From contig JBBRXA010000002.1 of the NCBI GenBank assembly GCA_038248855.1, positions 45,060-109,059 on the forward strand: 64,000 nucleotides of DNA. The letters run 5' to 3'. The position numbers and the translations under genes were made by a program. The notes beneath the pieces were generated by a model. It was not told the origin of the DNA. It ran no database searches and was given only the letters and a program-made list of their open reading frames with translations. This document shows, one piece after another, positions 35,385 through 43,786 of the stretch (position 1 is its first letter; the number at the start of each line of letters is the position of its first letter). Origin of the DNA: Bacteroidales bacterium (GTDB taxonomy: Bacteria; Bacteroidota; Bacteroidia; Bacteroidales; VadinHA17).

Positions 35385-36797
35385 ATGATCAGAAGACACA
35401 CAATTTTAACTGCACTGATGCTTTTGTCATCAGCTTTTGTTCTCAATGCGCAGTACAGCCTGCCGGAATTATGTGCACAACGTCGCGAGGCTTTGATGAA
35501 GAAGACAGGCGGAGGTGTGGTTGTCATTCCCGGGTCACTGAGAAATCCCTACGGACAAAATGATATCTCCACCTCAAAATATTTTTACTATCTGACAGGA
35601 TGGGAGGCTCCGGGAGCATGGGTAATTATTGAACCTGGCGCCAGACCACGGACCACCCTTTTCATCACCCCCACAGATCCGTCGCGTATATCTTGGAATA
35701 ACCGCGAGGCAGGACTTGGTGAAGCTGTGACAGTTTACGGGGCTGATACATCCTATCCTGTTTCAGCGTTAAGGGAAACAGCTCAGGGGATACTGGGCAG
35801 ATATGATACAATCTGGACCCTCAGGTCATCGAAGTTCATGTATGAAGCCCTTTCACAGGTCATCCCTGAAGGGAAAAGCCCGGTAATAGCCGAGGCCAGG
35901 ACCCTGCTCAACGACCTGAGGCTGGTGAAGGACGAATACGAGATCAGTATGCTGAGGAAGGCCATCACGGTCACCGCTGAAGCACAGCGGCAGGCAATGA
36001 TGCTGGCAGCCCCGGGAAGGTTTGAATATGAACTTGAGGCAGCCATTGACCACACCTTCAGGTCCAAGGGATGTGACGGTCCCGGCTTTTCAACAATAGT
36101 AGGTTCAGGAGCAAATTCTACTATCCTTCATTATGATGAGAACAGCATGCAGCTTAAATCCGGAGATGTCATTGTTATGGATATCGGAGCTGAATTCAAC
36201 GGATACAAGGCAGACATAACCAGGACCATTCCCGTTTCAGGAAAATTCACAAAGGAACAGCTTGACATTTATAATATCGTTCTCAGGGCACAGAAGGAAG
36301 CCATTAAAGAGATGATTCCGGGCCGGAGAACACTTGGGGCCCATGACAGGGCCACTGCGGTTATAATGAGCGGACTCTTCGATCTGGGATTGGTAACTGA
36401 TACAACCAGCCAATGGCAGAAAAGGCTCTATATTCTTTATATCGCCACGCACTTTATCGGCCTCGATATCCATGACCTCTCACCCTACCAGTTTACCCAG
36501 ACTGATGAATCCGTCTTCAGGCCTGGAATGGTCATTACAATAGAACCCGGTATCTATTTTCACGCGGAGATGCTTAATACCCTGGCGGCCAGAGATGCAT
36601 CACCGGCTGAGAAGAAGGAGATTGAAGCTTTTATCAGGCAGGTGGGCCCGCTATTCGAAAAGTACAAAAACACAGGTGTGAGGATAGAGGATGATATACT
36701 CATTACCTCCTCAGGAAATGAGGTCCTTTCGGCGGCGGCGCCAAAAGAGCCCCGTGATGTGGAGAAGCTTATGAAGGGAAAGAGCAGGTACGAATAA
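35385..36797 (+). CDS. Secreted Xaa-Pro aminopeptidase (M24B)
   Basis: Signal peptide from ATG 35385 (MIRRHTILTALMLLSSAFVLNAQ). M24 motifs DIGAEFNGYKADITRT, HFIGLDIHD, TIEPGIY and GVRIEDD. The ORF-track start at 35250 is an out-of-context extension. Confidence 0.85.
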   Translation: MIRRHTILTALMLLSSAFVLNAQYSLPELCAQRREALMKKTGGGVVVIPGSLRNPYGQNDISTSKYFYYLTGWEAPGAWVIIEPGARPRTTLFITPTDPSRISWNNREAGLGEAVTVYGADTSYPVSALRETAQGILGRYDTIWTLRSSKFMYEALSQVIPEGKSPVIAEARTLLNDLRLVKDEYEISMLRKAITVTAEAQRQAMMLAAPGRFEYELEAAIDHTFRSKGCDGPGFSTIVGSGANSTILHYDENSMQLKSGDVIVMDIGAEFNGYKADITRTIPVSGKFTKEQLDIYNIVLRAQKEAIKEMIPGRRTLGAHDRATAVIMSGLFDLGLVTDTTSQWQKRLYILYIATHFIGLDIHDLSPYQFTQTDESVFRPGMVITIEPGIYFHAEMLNTLAARDASPAEKKEIEAFIRQVGPLFEKYKNTGVRIEDDILITSSGNEVLSAAAPKEPRDVEKLMKGKSRYE

Positions 36798-36802
36798 TCT
36801 GT

Positions 36803-36941
36803 TTATTCCGGTATGCTATTATTAATGGTCCGGTTATTCCGGTATGCTATTATTAATGATCCGGCTATTCCGGTATGCTATTATTAATGGTCCGGTTATT
36901 CCGGTATGCTATTATTAATGGTCCGGTTATTCCGGTATGCT
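36803..36941. repeat. 31-bp tandem repeat, 4.5 copies (TTATTCCGGTATGCTATTATTAATGGTCCGG)
   Basis: Copies at 36803, 36834 (G>A at 36859), 36865 (T>C at 36865) and 36896. A partial copy at 36927-36941 is the last four codons plus the stop codon of the minus-strand MFS gene. Confidence 0.95.
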
Positions 36942-38093
36942 TTTTCCCCGGATTATAATCCAGGAGACAACCAGCAGGTAGGCGGCACAAATCAGCAGTA
37001 CGCCCATCCCGGGCGTCACACCCATCGAATCGCTTACAAGGCCCATCACCGGTGGTATCAGTGCACCGCCTGAAATTGCCATCATCATCAGTCCTGATAT
37101 CTCATTTCCCCTCTCAGGATACTTCTGTATGGTGAGTGAGAAGACCAGAGGAAAGATATTCGCCACGCCGATGCCGATGATGAACACCAGGACCCACGCG
37201 GCAGCTTTCGAGGGAACAATCATTATCAGTGCGATGGATATTATCGAAAGCACGGCGCTGTAAAGAAAACCTTTTGAAGAGGCCAGCTTTGTAAGAATCA
37301 GCGCACCGGCGAAGGTGCCCAGCATACGGCCGAAGAAATAGATGCTCCTTCCTGACTGAGCTGTAACTTCGTCAATTCCGAATTTCGTTGTCAGGAATTT
37401 TCCCGAGAAGTAGTTAAACCCGACATCTATTCCAACAACCAGGAATATCGAGATAACCATCATCAGTATATATGAATTCTTCAGTAAGGCAAAGGCAGAT
37501 CCGAGGGAGGCCTTTTTTTCGGTCACTGCGCTCTCTTCAATCTTTACCGTGCTGAGCCACAGTACACTCAGTATGGAGACGATGCCAAATATGAGGAAAA
37601 GCAGCTTCCAGTCGCCGAAACGGCTTGCCAGCAGTGCCGCCAGCGGAGCTGCAATCATCGACCCAATGGCCTTAATGAATTGTGAGAAACTGAGGAAGCT
37701 CGGAGCCCTCTTACCGGGCACCACATCAACCAGCAGCGGATTCGCGGAAACCTGGACAATTGTGTTACCTATTCCCAGCAGGGCGAACCCTACTATCACC
37801 ATTACGAAGTTGTAAAAGAAAAATGGCACCAGCAGGCCCAGCCCCGTGATACCCATCCCGATATTCAGCATCAGCTTCTTCCCGACCCTCGCCTGGATGA
37901 TGCCAACGGGCACAGAGAGAATAAAGAACCAGATAAAAGCGGCAAATGGAATCAGTCCGAGGACAAACTCGCTGAGGTGAAGGTCGCCTGCAACCCGGTC
38001 TTTGCCTATGCCCACAAGGTCTACAAAACTCATCACGAAGAAGGAGAGCAGTACCGGCACCACCAGCCTCATCTCAATTTTCTTCTCATTCAT
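36927..38093 (-). CDS. MFS sugar transporter
   Basis: 388 aa, about 12 hydrophobic helices. Sits directly downstream of a ROK kinase on the same strand. Confidence 0.8.
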   Translation of the reverse strand: MNEKKIEMRLVVPVLLSFFVMSFVDLVGIGKDRVAGDLHLSEFVLGLIPFAAFIWFFILSVPVGIIQARVGKKLMLNIGMGITGLGLLVPFFFYNFVMVIVGFALLGIGNTIVQVSANPLLVDVVPGKRAPSFLSFSQFIKAIGSMIAAPLAALLASRFGDWKLLFLIFGIVSILSVLWLSTVKIEESAVTEKKASLGSAFALLKNSYILMMVISIFLVVGIDVGFNYFSGKFLTTKFGIDEVTAQSGRSIYFFGRMLGTFAGALILTKLASSKGFLYSAVLSIISIALIMIVPSKAAAWVLVFIIGIGVANIFPLVFSLTIQKYPERGNEISGLMMMAISGGALIPPVMGLVSDSMGVTPGMGVLLICAAYLLVVSWIIIRGKSIPE

Positions 38094-38115
38094 TTGGTAT
38101 CTTTTAGATTATGTT

Positions 38116-39060
38116 TTACATCAAAGCCAGGGCGGGCTGCACCGCTTTCCAGAATGTCTCGTCGTGAAGATATGCACTTCCCAGCAGGGCGGCATCTTCC
38201 TTCAGTTCCGAGATGGCTGTAACAACACCGCAACCGGCAGCTTTGAGCTCTTCCTCATATGCCGGCCCGAAAAGTTCGTACGCGTGGGAAATATTGCCCC
38301 CCATCACAAGGATCTCCGCTCCGAATTTTGTCAGCCACGGAGCCAGAAGCCTGCCCAGGTTCCTGCCGAACTCATTGAAAATGGCCATTACCTCCGGGAG
38401 TCTCCCTGCAGCCTCAGCCACCTCCCTTACGCCTTCCGCAACCTTGCCGGTAACGTCTTTGTATCTTGATGTATACCAGCGCGTTGAAAAATAGTCGTCG
38501 GCTATACCGGTACCAAACGGAAGATGGTAGACACATCCCATCCGGGGTACCAGGTCTCCCTCAACCACAGGAATACGGTCATCCAGAAATGCTGATCCGA
38601 AGCCTGTGCCAAGAGTTATTGCCATCATTTTTTTATAATCCCTGGCTTTCCCCGCCCATGCCTCTCCCACCGCGAAAGAGCTGGCGTCATTCATAAACCT
38701 TACCTTGCAGTCACAGGGGAGTCCGAGGCGGCTGCTTATAGCCTTGCCGACATTCACTCCGTAGAGTTTTTCATATTTCTGGACACCCCTGATGAGGCAT
38801 ATTCCCTTTACATAATCAAATGGCCCGGGCATGGCAAAGCCAATGCCACGAAGTTTGAAAAGCGGTACCTTCTGAAGGACTTTTCGCAACACATCGGTCC
38901 AGACCCTCAGAATCTCGTCAGCCTCAGCCTTGTTGTCAACAGGACTTTCAGCACGTGATCCGCCGATAATTGTATGAGTATCCATATCTATCGCCACGGC
39001 AGTAATGTGACTGCCGCCGATGTCAACCCCTATTGCAATATTCTGAAATGCGTTGCTCAT
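38116..39060 (-). CDS. ROK-family sugar kinase
   Basis: IAIGVDIGGSHIT ATPase motif and LGTGFGSA. I chose ATG 39060 (MSNAFQNIAIGVDIGG) over the ORF-track start at 39114. Confidence 0.8.
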   Translation of the reverse strand: MSNAFQNIAIGVDIGGSHITAVAIDMDTHTIIGGSRAESPVDNKAEADEILRVWTDVLRKVLQKVPLFKLRGIGFAMPGPFDYVKGICLIRGVQKYEKLYGVNVGKAISSRLGLPCDCKVRFMNDASSFAVGEAWAGKARDYKKMMAITLGTGFGSAFLDDRIPVVEGDLVPRMGCVYHLPFGTGIADDYFSTRWYTSRYKDVTGKVAEGVREVAEAAGRLPEVMAIFNEFGRNLGRLLAPWLTKFGAEILVMGGNISHAYELFGPAYEEELKAAGCGVVTAISELKEDAALLGSAYLHDETFWKAVQPALALM

Positions 39061-39236
39061 ATTTCTTACACTTGTTTCACAAATAATAACGGCATTGAAT
39101 GTATTGATTTTCACAAAGAGTGCAAAACAAAATATATTATATGTTTTATAATAGGTGTGAGCAGTCGCATAAAAGAGTTAAATTCGTAATAACAATTTCA
39201 CGTGACACAAATATTCAAATCCTAAAAATACTTACA

Positions 39237-40544
39237 ATGGCACATGTAACAAAAGAACAAGCCCTACTTTATCACAGCAGCGGGCGAAAGGGAAAGGTTG
39301 AGGTAATTCCCACCAAGTCATATTGTACCCAGGATGATCTTAGCATGGCTTACACCCCGGGTGTGGCCTTTCCATGTCTTGAGATCGAAAAGAATCCTGA
39401 AGATGCTTATGAATATACTGCCAAGGCAAACCTTGTGGCTGTAATTTCGAACGGAACTGCTGTTCTGGGTCTCGGTGACATTGGAGCCCTTGCCGGAAAA
39501 CCGGTGATGGAGGGCAAAGGACTCCTCTTCAAGGTGTTTGCTGATGTTGACGTGTTTGACATAGAAGTTGATGAAAAAGACCCGGAGAAACTTATAGAGA
39601 TATGCGCAAAGATTTCCCCCACGTTCGGCGGGATCAATCTGGAGGACATCAAGGCTCCTGAGTGTTTCGAAGTAGAGACCAGGCTGAAGGAGATGCTGGA
39701 TATACCCGTCTTTCACGATGACCAGCACGGCACAGCGATAATCTCCGCTGCAGGGATGCTCAATGCAATGGACATTATCGGCAAAAAACTTCCGGACATA
39801 AAAGTGGTTGTCTGCGGTGCCGGAGCAGCAGCTAATTCATGCACACGTCTGTACACCGCACTGGGGGTAAAAAAAGAAAACGTGGTGATGGTTGACAGCA
39901 AGGGAGTCATCAACCGTAAAAGAAAGGATCTGAATAAGTACAAACAGGAGTGGATAACCGACAGAGACATAGACACCCTGGCTGATGCAGTTAAGGGTGC
40001 TGACCTCTTTCTGGGTCTTTCTGTTGCCAATATGCTGACCAAAGAGATGCTGAAGACAATGGCGCCAAATCCGATCGTCTTCGCGATGGCTAATCCCAAT
40101 CCGGAAATAAGCTATGAAGACGCCATGTCAACACGTGATGACCTTGTATTTGCCACAGGCAGGTCAGATTATCCCAACCAGATAAACAATGTGCTCGGAT
40201 TCCCCTTTATTTTCAGGGGAGCGCTTGATGTCAGGGCATCTACAATTAATGAAGAGATGAAGCTTGCCGCCACCAAGGCGCTGGCACAGCTTGCCAGGGA
40301 ACCTGTTTCAGAAGAGGTTTGCAAGGCTTATAACGTAAGCAAGCTTGAGTTTGGCAGGGAATACATAATTCCCAAGCCACTTGATCCGAGGCTCATTTCA
40401 AGGGTTGCCTCAGCGGTTGCTATGGCTGCCATTGAGTCAGGTGTGGCGAGGTTGAAGATTGATGACTGGGATGCATACCGTGCATCGCTTGACAAAAGGA
40501 CTTCAGAGCACATCGCCAGGATAGCGAAGATAACCTGTCTCTGA
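39237..40544 (+). CDS. NAD(P)-dependent malic enzyme (short form, no PTA domain)
   Basis: MAHVTKEQALLYHSSGRKGKVEV..., VISNGTAVLGLGDIG, FGGINLEDI, and Rossmann VVCGAGAAA. I chose ATG 39237. Confidence 0.9.
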   Translation: MAHVTKEQALLYHSSGRKGKVEVIPTKSYCTQDDLSMAYTPGVAFPCLEIEKNPEDAYEYTAKANLVAVISNGTAVLGLGDIGALAGKPVMEGKGLLFKVFADVDVFDIEVDEKDPEKLIEICAKISPTFGGINLEDIKAPECFEVETRLKEMLDIPVFHDDQHGTAIISAAGMLNAMDIIGKKLPDIKVVVCGAGAAANSCTRLYTALGVKKENVVMVDSKGVINRKRKDLNKYKQEWITDRDIDTLADAVKGADLFLGLSVANMLTKEMLKTMAPNPIVFAMANPNPEISYEDAMSTRDDLVFATGRSDYPNQINNVLGFPFIFRGALDVRASTINEEMKLAATKALAQLAREPVSEEVCKAYNVSKLEFGREYIIPKPLDPRLISRVASAVAMAAIESGVARLKIDDWDAYRASLDKRTSEHIARIAKITCL

Positions 40545-40562
40545 TCCTCCGGCTGAATAACC

Positions 40563-40598
40563 AAGGGCCGCCTGTCGCCAATCGGCGAGGCGGCCCTT
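40563..40598. terminator. GC-rich hairpin between convergent genes (possible bidirectional terminator)
   Basis: AAGGGCCGCC ... GGCGGCCCTT is a perfect 10-bp outer stem with an inner TCGCC/GGCGA stem. It starts 19 nt after the malic enzyme stop. Confidence 0.6.
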
Positions 40599-40664
40599 CC
40601 ATTTACCCTCTTAACAAAAACTATCAACCAACCGTGCCAAACTCTGAAAAACACGGTATACCTT

Positions 40665-41363
40665 TTATCCCGGCGATTTAATCTTCGCCTCATAAATTTC
40701 AAGAAGCAGCTCTGAGAGCTGATCCACCGAAAAACTGCGCCTGTTGAGAGTGACATCGAAAAGGGTGTCGAGGTTCACCGGCTTCCTGTCAAGAAACTCA
40801 GTAATCAGCTTGCTGCGCTTTTCATCGGTCTCGGCAACATACTTTTCAGCCTTTTCAGCCAGCATTCCCTTTTTCTTTTTAACATTATCCACCCTCCAGT
40901 ACAGCGGTGCCACAAGCCTGACATGCAATGCCCTGGGAATATCCTGTGTAATAGATACACCGCCCCTGCCGATTATCACCGCATGACCTTCCCGCGCCAT
41001 TGTCAGAACAACTTCCCTGATGGCTTTCTTTACCGAGCTGTCTGTCACAAACGAACCGGAAAACGCCATTATCATCTCCGACATGTCATTCATTGAGAGG
41101 CCCTGGTAGTAGGTCTCCACCCTCTGTGTATCGGTCCTGAGCTCGTGGGCAGCGTGATAAATTATATCCTTGTCAATCCACCTCCACTTTGAAGTGTTGT
41201 ATTTTATATTGAGCCGGCTGACAAGTGAGGCTGCAACCTCCCTGCCGTCACAGCCTGTCATTCGGGATATTGTAATTACCGGCCCTGCCTGATCAAAGGG
41301 TCTGCCAAGCATCTCTGCCCTGTAACGCGAATCGAAATAATCAAATATCTTCTTCATTGCCAA
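40665..41363 (-). CDS. Cytidylate-kinase-like family protein
   Basis: ITISRMTGCDGREVA degenerate P-loop region. 232 aa, typical of the AAA_28/CMK-like family. Confidence 0.65.
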   Translation of the reverse strand: MAMKKIFDYFDSRYRAEMLGRPFDQAGPVITISRMTGCDGREVAASLVSRLNIKYNTSKWRWIDKDIIYHAAHELRTDTQRVETYYQGLSMNDMSEMIMAFSGSFVTDSSVKKAIREVVLTMAREGHAVIIGRGGVSITQDIPRALHVRLVAPLYWRVDNVKKKKGMLAEKAEKYVAETDEKRSKLITEFLDRKPVNLDTLFDVTLNRRSFSVDQLSELLLEIYEAKIKSPG

Positions 41364-41441
41364 GGCACGATTGGGAGCAGCTATAAATTTTACAAAATAT
41401 AAGCAAATATTTTCATATTGTCAACCTTTTGGGGCAAAATG

Positions 41442-41477
41442 TCAAAGAAAATGCCGCTTAAAGCGGCATTTTCTTTG
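41442..41477. terminator. Perfect 16-bp hairpin (TCAAAGAAAATGCCGC-TTAA-GCGGCATTTTCTTTGA)
   Basis: Read directly from the sequence. Its 3' arm encodes the last residues (KKMPL) of the aminopeptidase reading frame and the loop holds that frame's stop codon. Confidence 0.6.
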
Positions 41478-42855
41478 AACGTTCTTCTTCAACTTCACTG
41501 ATGCTCTTGGGCTTCGGCTTTCCAAGAAGACGGTAGCCGTCGGCGGTGATGAGGAAATTCTCTTCGTTCCTTATTCCGCCGAAGTTCCGGTATTCTTTAA
41601 CTTTGTCATAATTGATGAAGGCGGTGTTATGATCCTTCTTTCGTCACTGGTCTATAAGCTCCGGAATAAAGTATATGCCGGGTTCTATTGTCAGGACAAA
41701 TCCCGGCTCCAGGGGACGCCCGAGACGAAGTGACTTTATTCCGAACTGCGTCGGCTTCGGATTGCCGTCCCAGCCCACGTAAACCTCCCCGATATCCTCC
41801 ATATCATGTACATCGAGTCCCATCATATGTCCCAGTCCGCACGGAAAGAATAAGGCATGCGCACCGGCTTCAACTGCAGCGTCAACATCCCCCTTCATTA
41901 ATTTCAGGTCTTTCATCCCTCTGACTATCACGCGTGCTGATTCGAGATAAACCTCTCTGAAGGGTATTCCGGGTCTGAGCATCTCAATTGCCCTGTTATG
42001 GCTTTCAAGAGAGATATTATAAATGTCACGCTGCCGTTCTGTAAAATGAGGGTCTATCGGTACTGTGCTCGACAGGTCGCCGGCATAACCTGATTCCGTT
42101 TCTGCCCCTATGTCAAGCAGGAACATTCTTCCGGACCCGAGGGTATTGCCGTGGTAATGATTGTGCAGCGTCTGCCCGTTTATTGTAGCAATTATCGGGA
42201 AGGCTATCTGCCCCCCGGAGGCTACTGCCACCGCCTGAACTGCCGCGGCAATCTCGCTCTCTCTTACTCCCGGTCTGACCATGCGCATAGCGGTAACGTG
42301 CATGTCAACAGAAACGGCCACAGCTCTGTCTATTTCGGCTATCTCTTCAGGGCTTTTGTGGTTTCTCTGGTTAACTGCCCCCATAATCAGCTCAAGTGAT
42401 GCTTCGCTTTTGGCCTCAGCAGGTAAAATACCCAGCATTTCAAAGAGCTTTATCTTATTCTCAGGCCTGTAAGGAGGGAGAAAATGGATCCTCCGGCCCT
42501 GGCTGCGTGCTTTCTCAAGAAGAAGCGGAAGCTTAGCCTGAGGGGCGGAGTTTTTCACTCCCACGGAGGCAGATCGAACAGTGACGGTCGGCTGTGGTCC
42601 CATCCAGACAAAATCCTCCACGGTAAGATCATTGCCGAAGATTGTCTCCTCACCCGAATCGCAGTCAATTACTCCTGCGAGCCCCGGGAAACTGAGTCCG
42701 AAAAAATAGAGAAAACTGCTGTCCTGCCTGAAATGGTAGGTATTGTCAGCATAATTCATGGGGCTCTCATCATTGCCGAGAAGAAGGATTATTCCTGAAC
42801 CGACGCTTTTCTTCAGAAGTGCACGTCTCTGGATGTAAATTTCCGGTTTAAACAT
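41458..42855 (-). pseudogene. Aminopeptidase P-family (M24B) gene interrupted by a single in-frame TGA at 41644-41646
   Basis: The 403-aa ORF ends ...IEPGIYFIPELIDQ*. The same frame continues RKKDHNTAFINYDKVKEYRNFGGIRNEENFLITADGYRLLGK... for 61 more codons to TAA at 41458-41460, which restores the conserved GGIR-E-(D/E) metal-site region. Confidence 0.7.
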
Positions 42856-43123
42856 AGTCTTTAATTTAACGTCCGGAACCCTGACGGCTCATCATAAACC
42901 CGGATTCCAGCACCTGTTTCATATTTTAAATAGGGACGAAAGATACCAAAATTCACACCAGGTCATCATCTCAGAAAATCTTTTTTTTGATTAACAAAAG
43001 TTTAACGCAAAACCGATGCAGCAGACCGGGGGTGTCCCGGTCTTTATACTGAAAAAAGGATGGAAATGGACAGTTCCGCCTTTTTCATTGACAGTTTTAA
43101 GTATTCACAAAATCGGGTTTGTC

Positions 43124-43585
43124 ATGAAAAGAATCGTTATGGCATTTATGTTTCTTGCTTGCGTCGCCACGCTTACTTATGGCAGGAAAGTTGCCGAGGG
43201 ATTATCTAACTCCTCTCTCGGAAAGTACACGATTAAGGCTCTGGATGAGCCTTTTATGCTGGCAGGTGAAGCGATGAAATGTTTCGAAATCACCTATGAA
43301 AACTCACCTATGACGGTAAGGGTTATTGTGGACAAGAACAAGAAATGCAGGAACTTTCTTGTGGTTTCTGATAAGTTGTCCGTGATGTACACCTGCAACG
43401 GTCAGTATTTCGGCGTCAACAAGGTTGACAAAAAGTACGCCAAAGCCGGATTTGTAACCGACGATGCGTCTCTTGACAGGGCTGACTATTTTCATCAGAA
43501 GCTTATTGTCAGGGGTTTAACCGGCGAAATTTACGCTGCAAGACTTATTGCTTCCTATTATCCGGATCTCATAAAGGGGTTGTAA
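43124..43585 (+). CDS. Hypothetical secreted protein
   Basis: Signal peptide MKRIVMAFMFLACVATLTYG from ATG 43124. 153 aa, no recognisable motifs. Confidence 0.55.
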   Translation: MKRIVMAFMFLACVATLTYGRKVAEGLSNSSLGKYTIKALDEPFMLAGEAMKCFEITYENSPMTVRVIVDKNKKCRNFLVVSDKLSVMYTCNGQYFGVNKVDKKYAKAGFVTDDASLDRADYFHQKLIVRGLTGEIYAARLIASYYPDLIKGL

Positions 43586-43671
43586 GGATAAACCGGAATT
43601 AGCCGGGCAAAGAATTTTTTCCCTCCTCAGAATGCCGTCCGGCCTTCTTACGATCAGGTTTTAGTTGCACT

Positions 43672-43705
43672 GAAGATACCCACACAAAGGGTATCTTCTT
43701 CTTTT
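43672..43705 (+). terminator. Intrinsic terminator
   Basis: GAAGATACCC-ACACAAA-GGGTATCTTC is a perfect 10-bp stem followed by TTCTTTT. Confidence 0.7.
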
Positions 43706-43786
43706 AGTGACGAGTAAGGGCATAAATGCTGATTACTGACAATTGTCACATATATCTTTTCACGTTTGACCTATCTTTGATACGCT

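Noticed and set aside
36803-36941. Possible CRISPR array, because the repeated units are about 31 bp long
   Set aside because: The units are directly contiguous with no spacers. The array is only 4.5 copies long. It derives from the 3' end of the adjacent gene, and no cas genes are present in the window.
41644-41646. Genome-wide UGA reassignment or selenocysteine as an explanation for the in-frame TGA
   Set aside because: TGA clearly acts as a stop elsewhere, for example at the hydS-PAS end (15449-15451) and the PP2C end (16635-16637), where product lengths and domain ends are normal. I see no obvious SECIS-like hairpin just downstream. M24B enzymes are not known selenoproteins. Nonsense mutation, sequencing error or local readthrough remain the viable options.
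43016-43123. The hairpin AGACCGGG-GGTGT-CCCGGTCT (about 43024-43044) as a riboswitch or sRNA
   Set aside because: It is a single 8-bp stem without a following T-run or any recognisable aptamer architecture. It lies in a 268-bp promoter region, and the evidence is insufficient.
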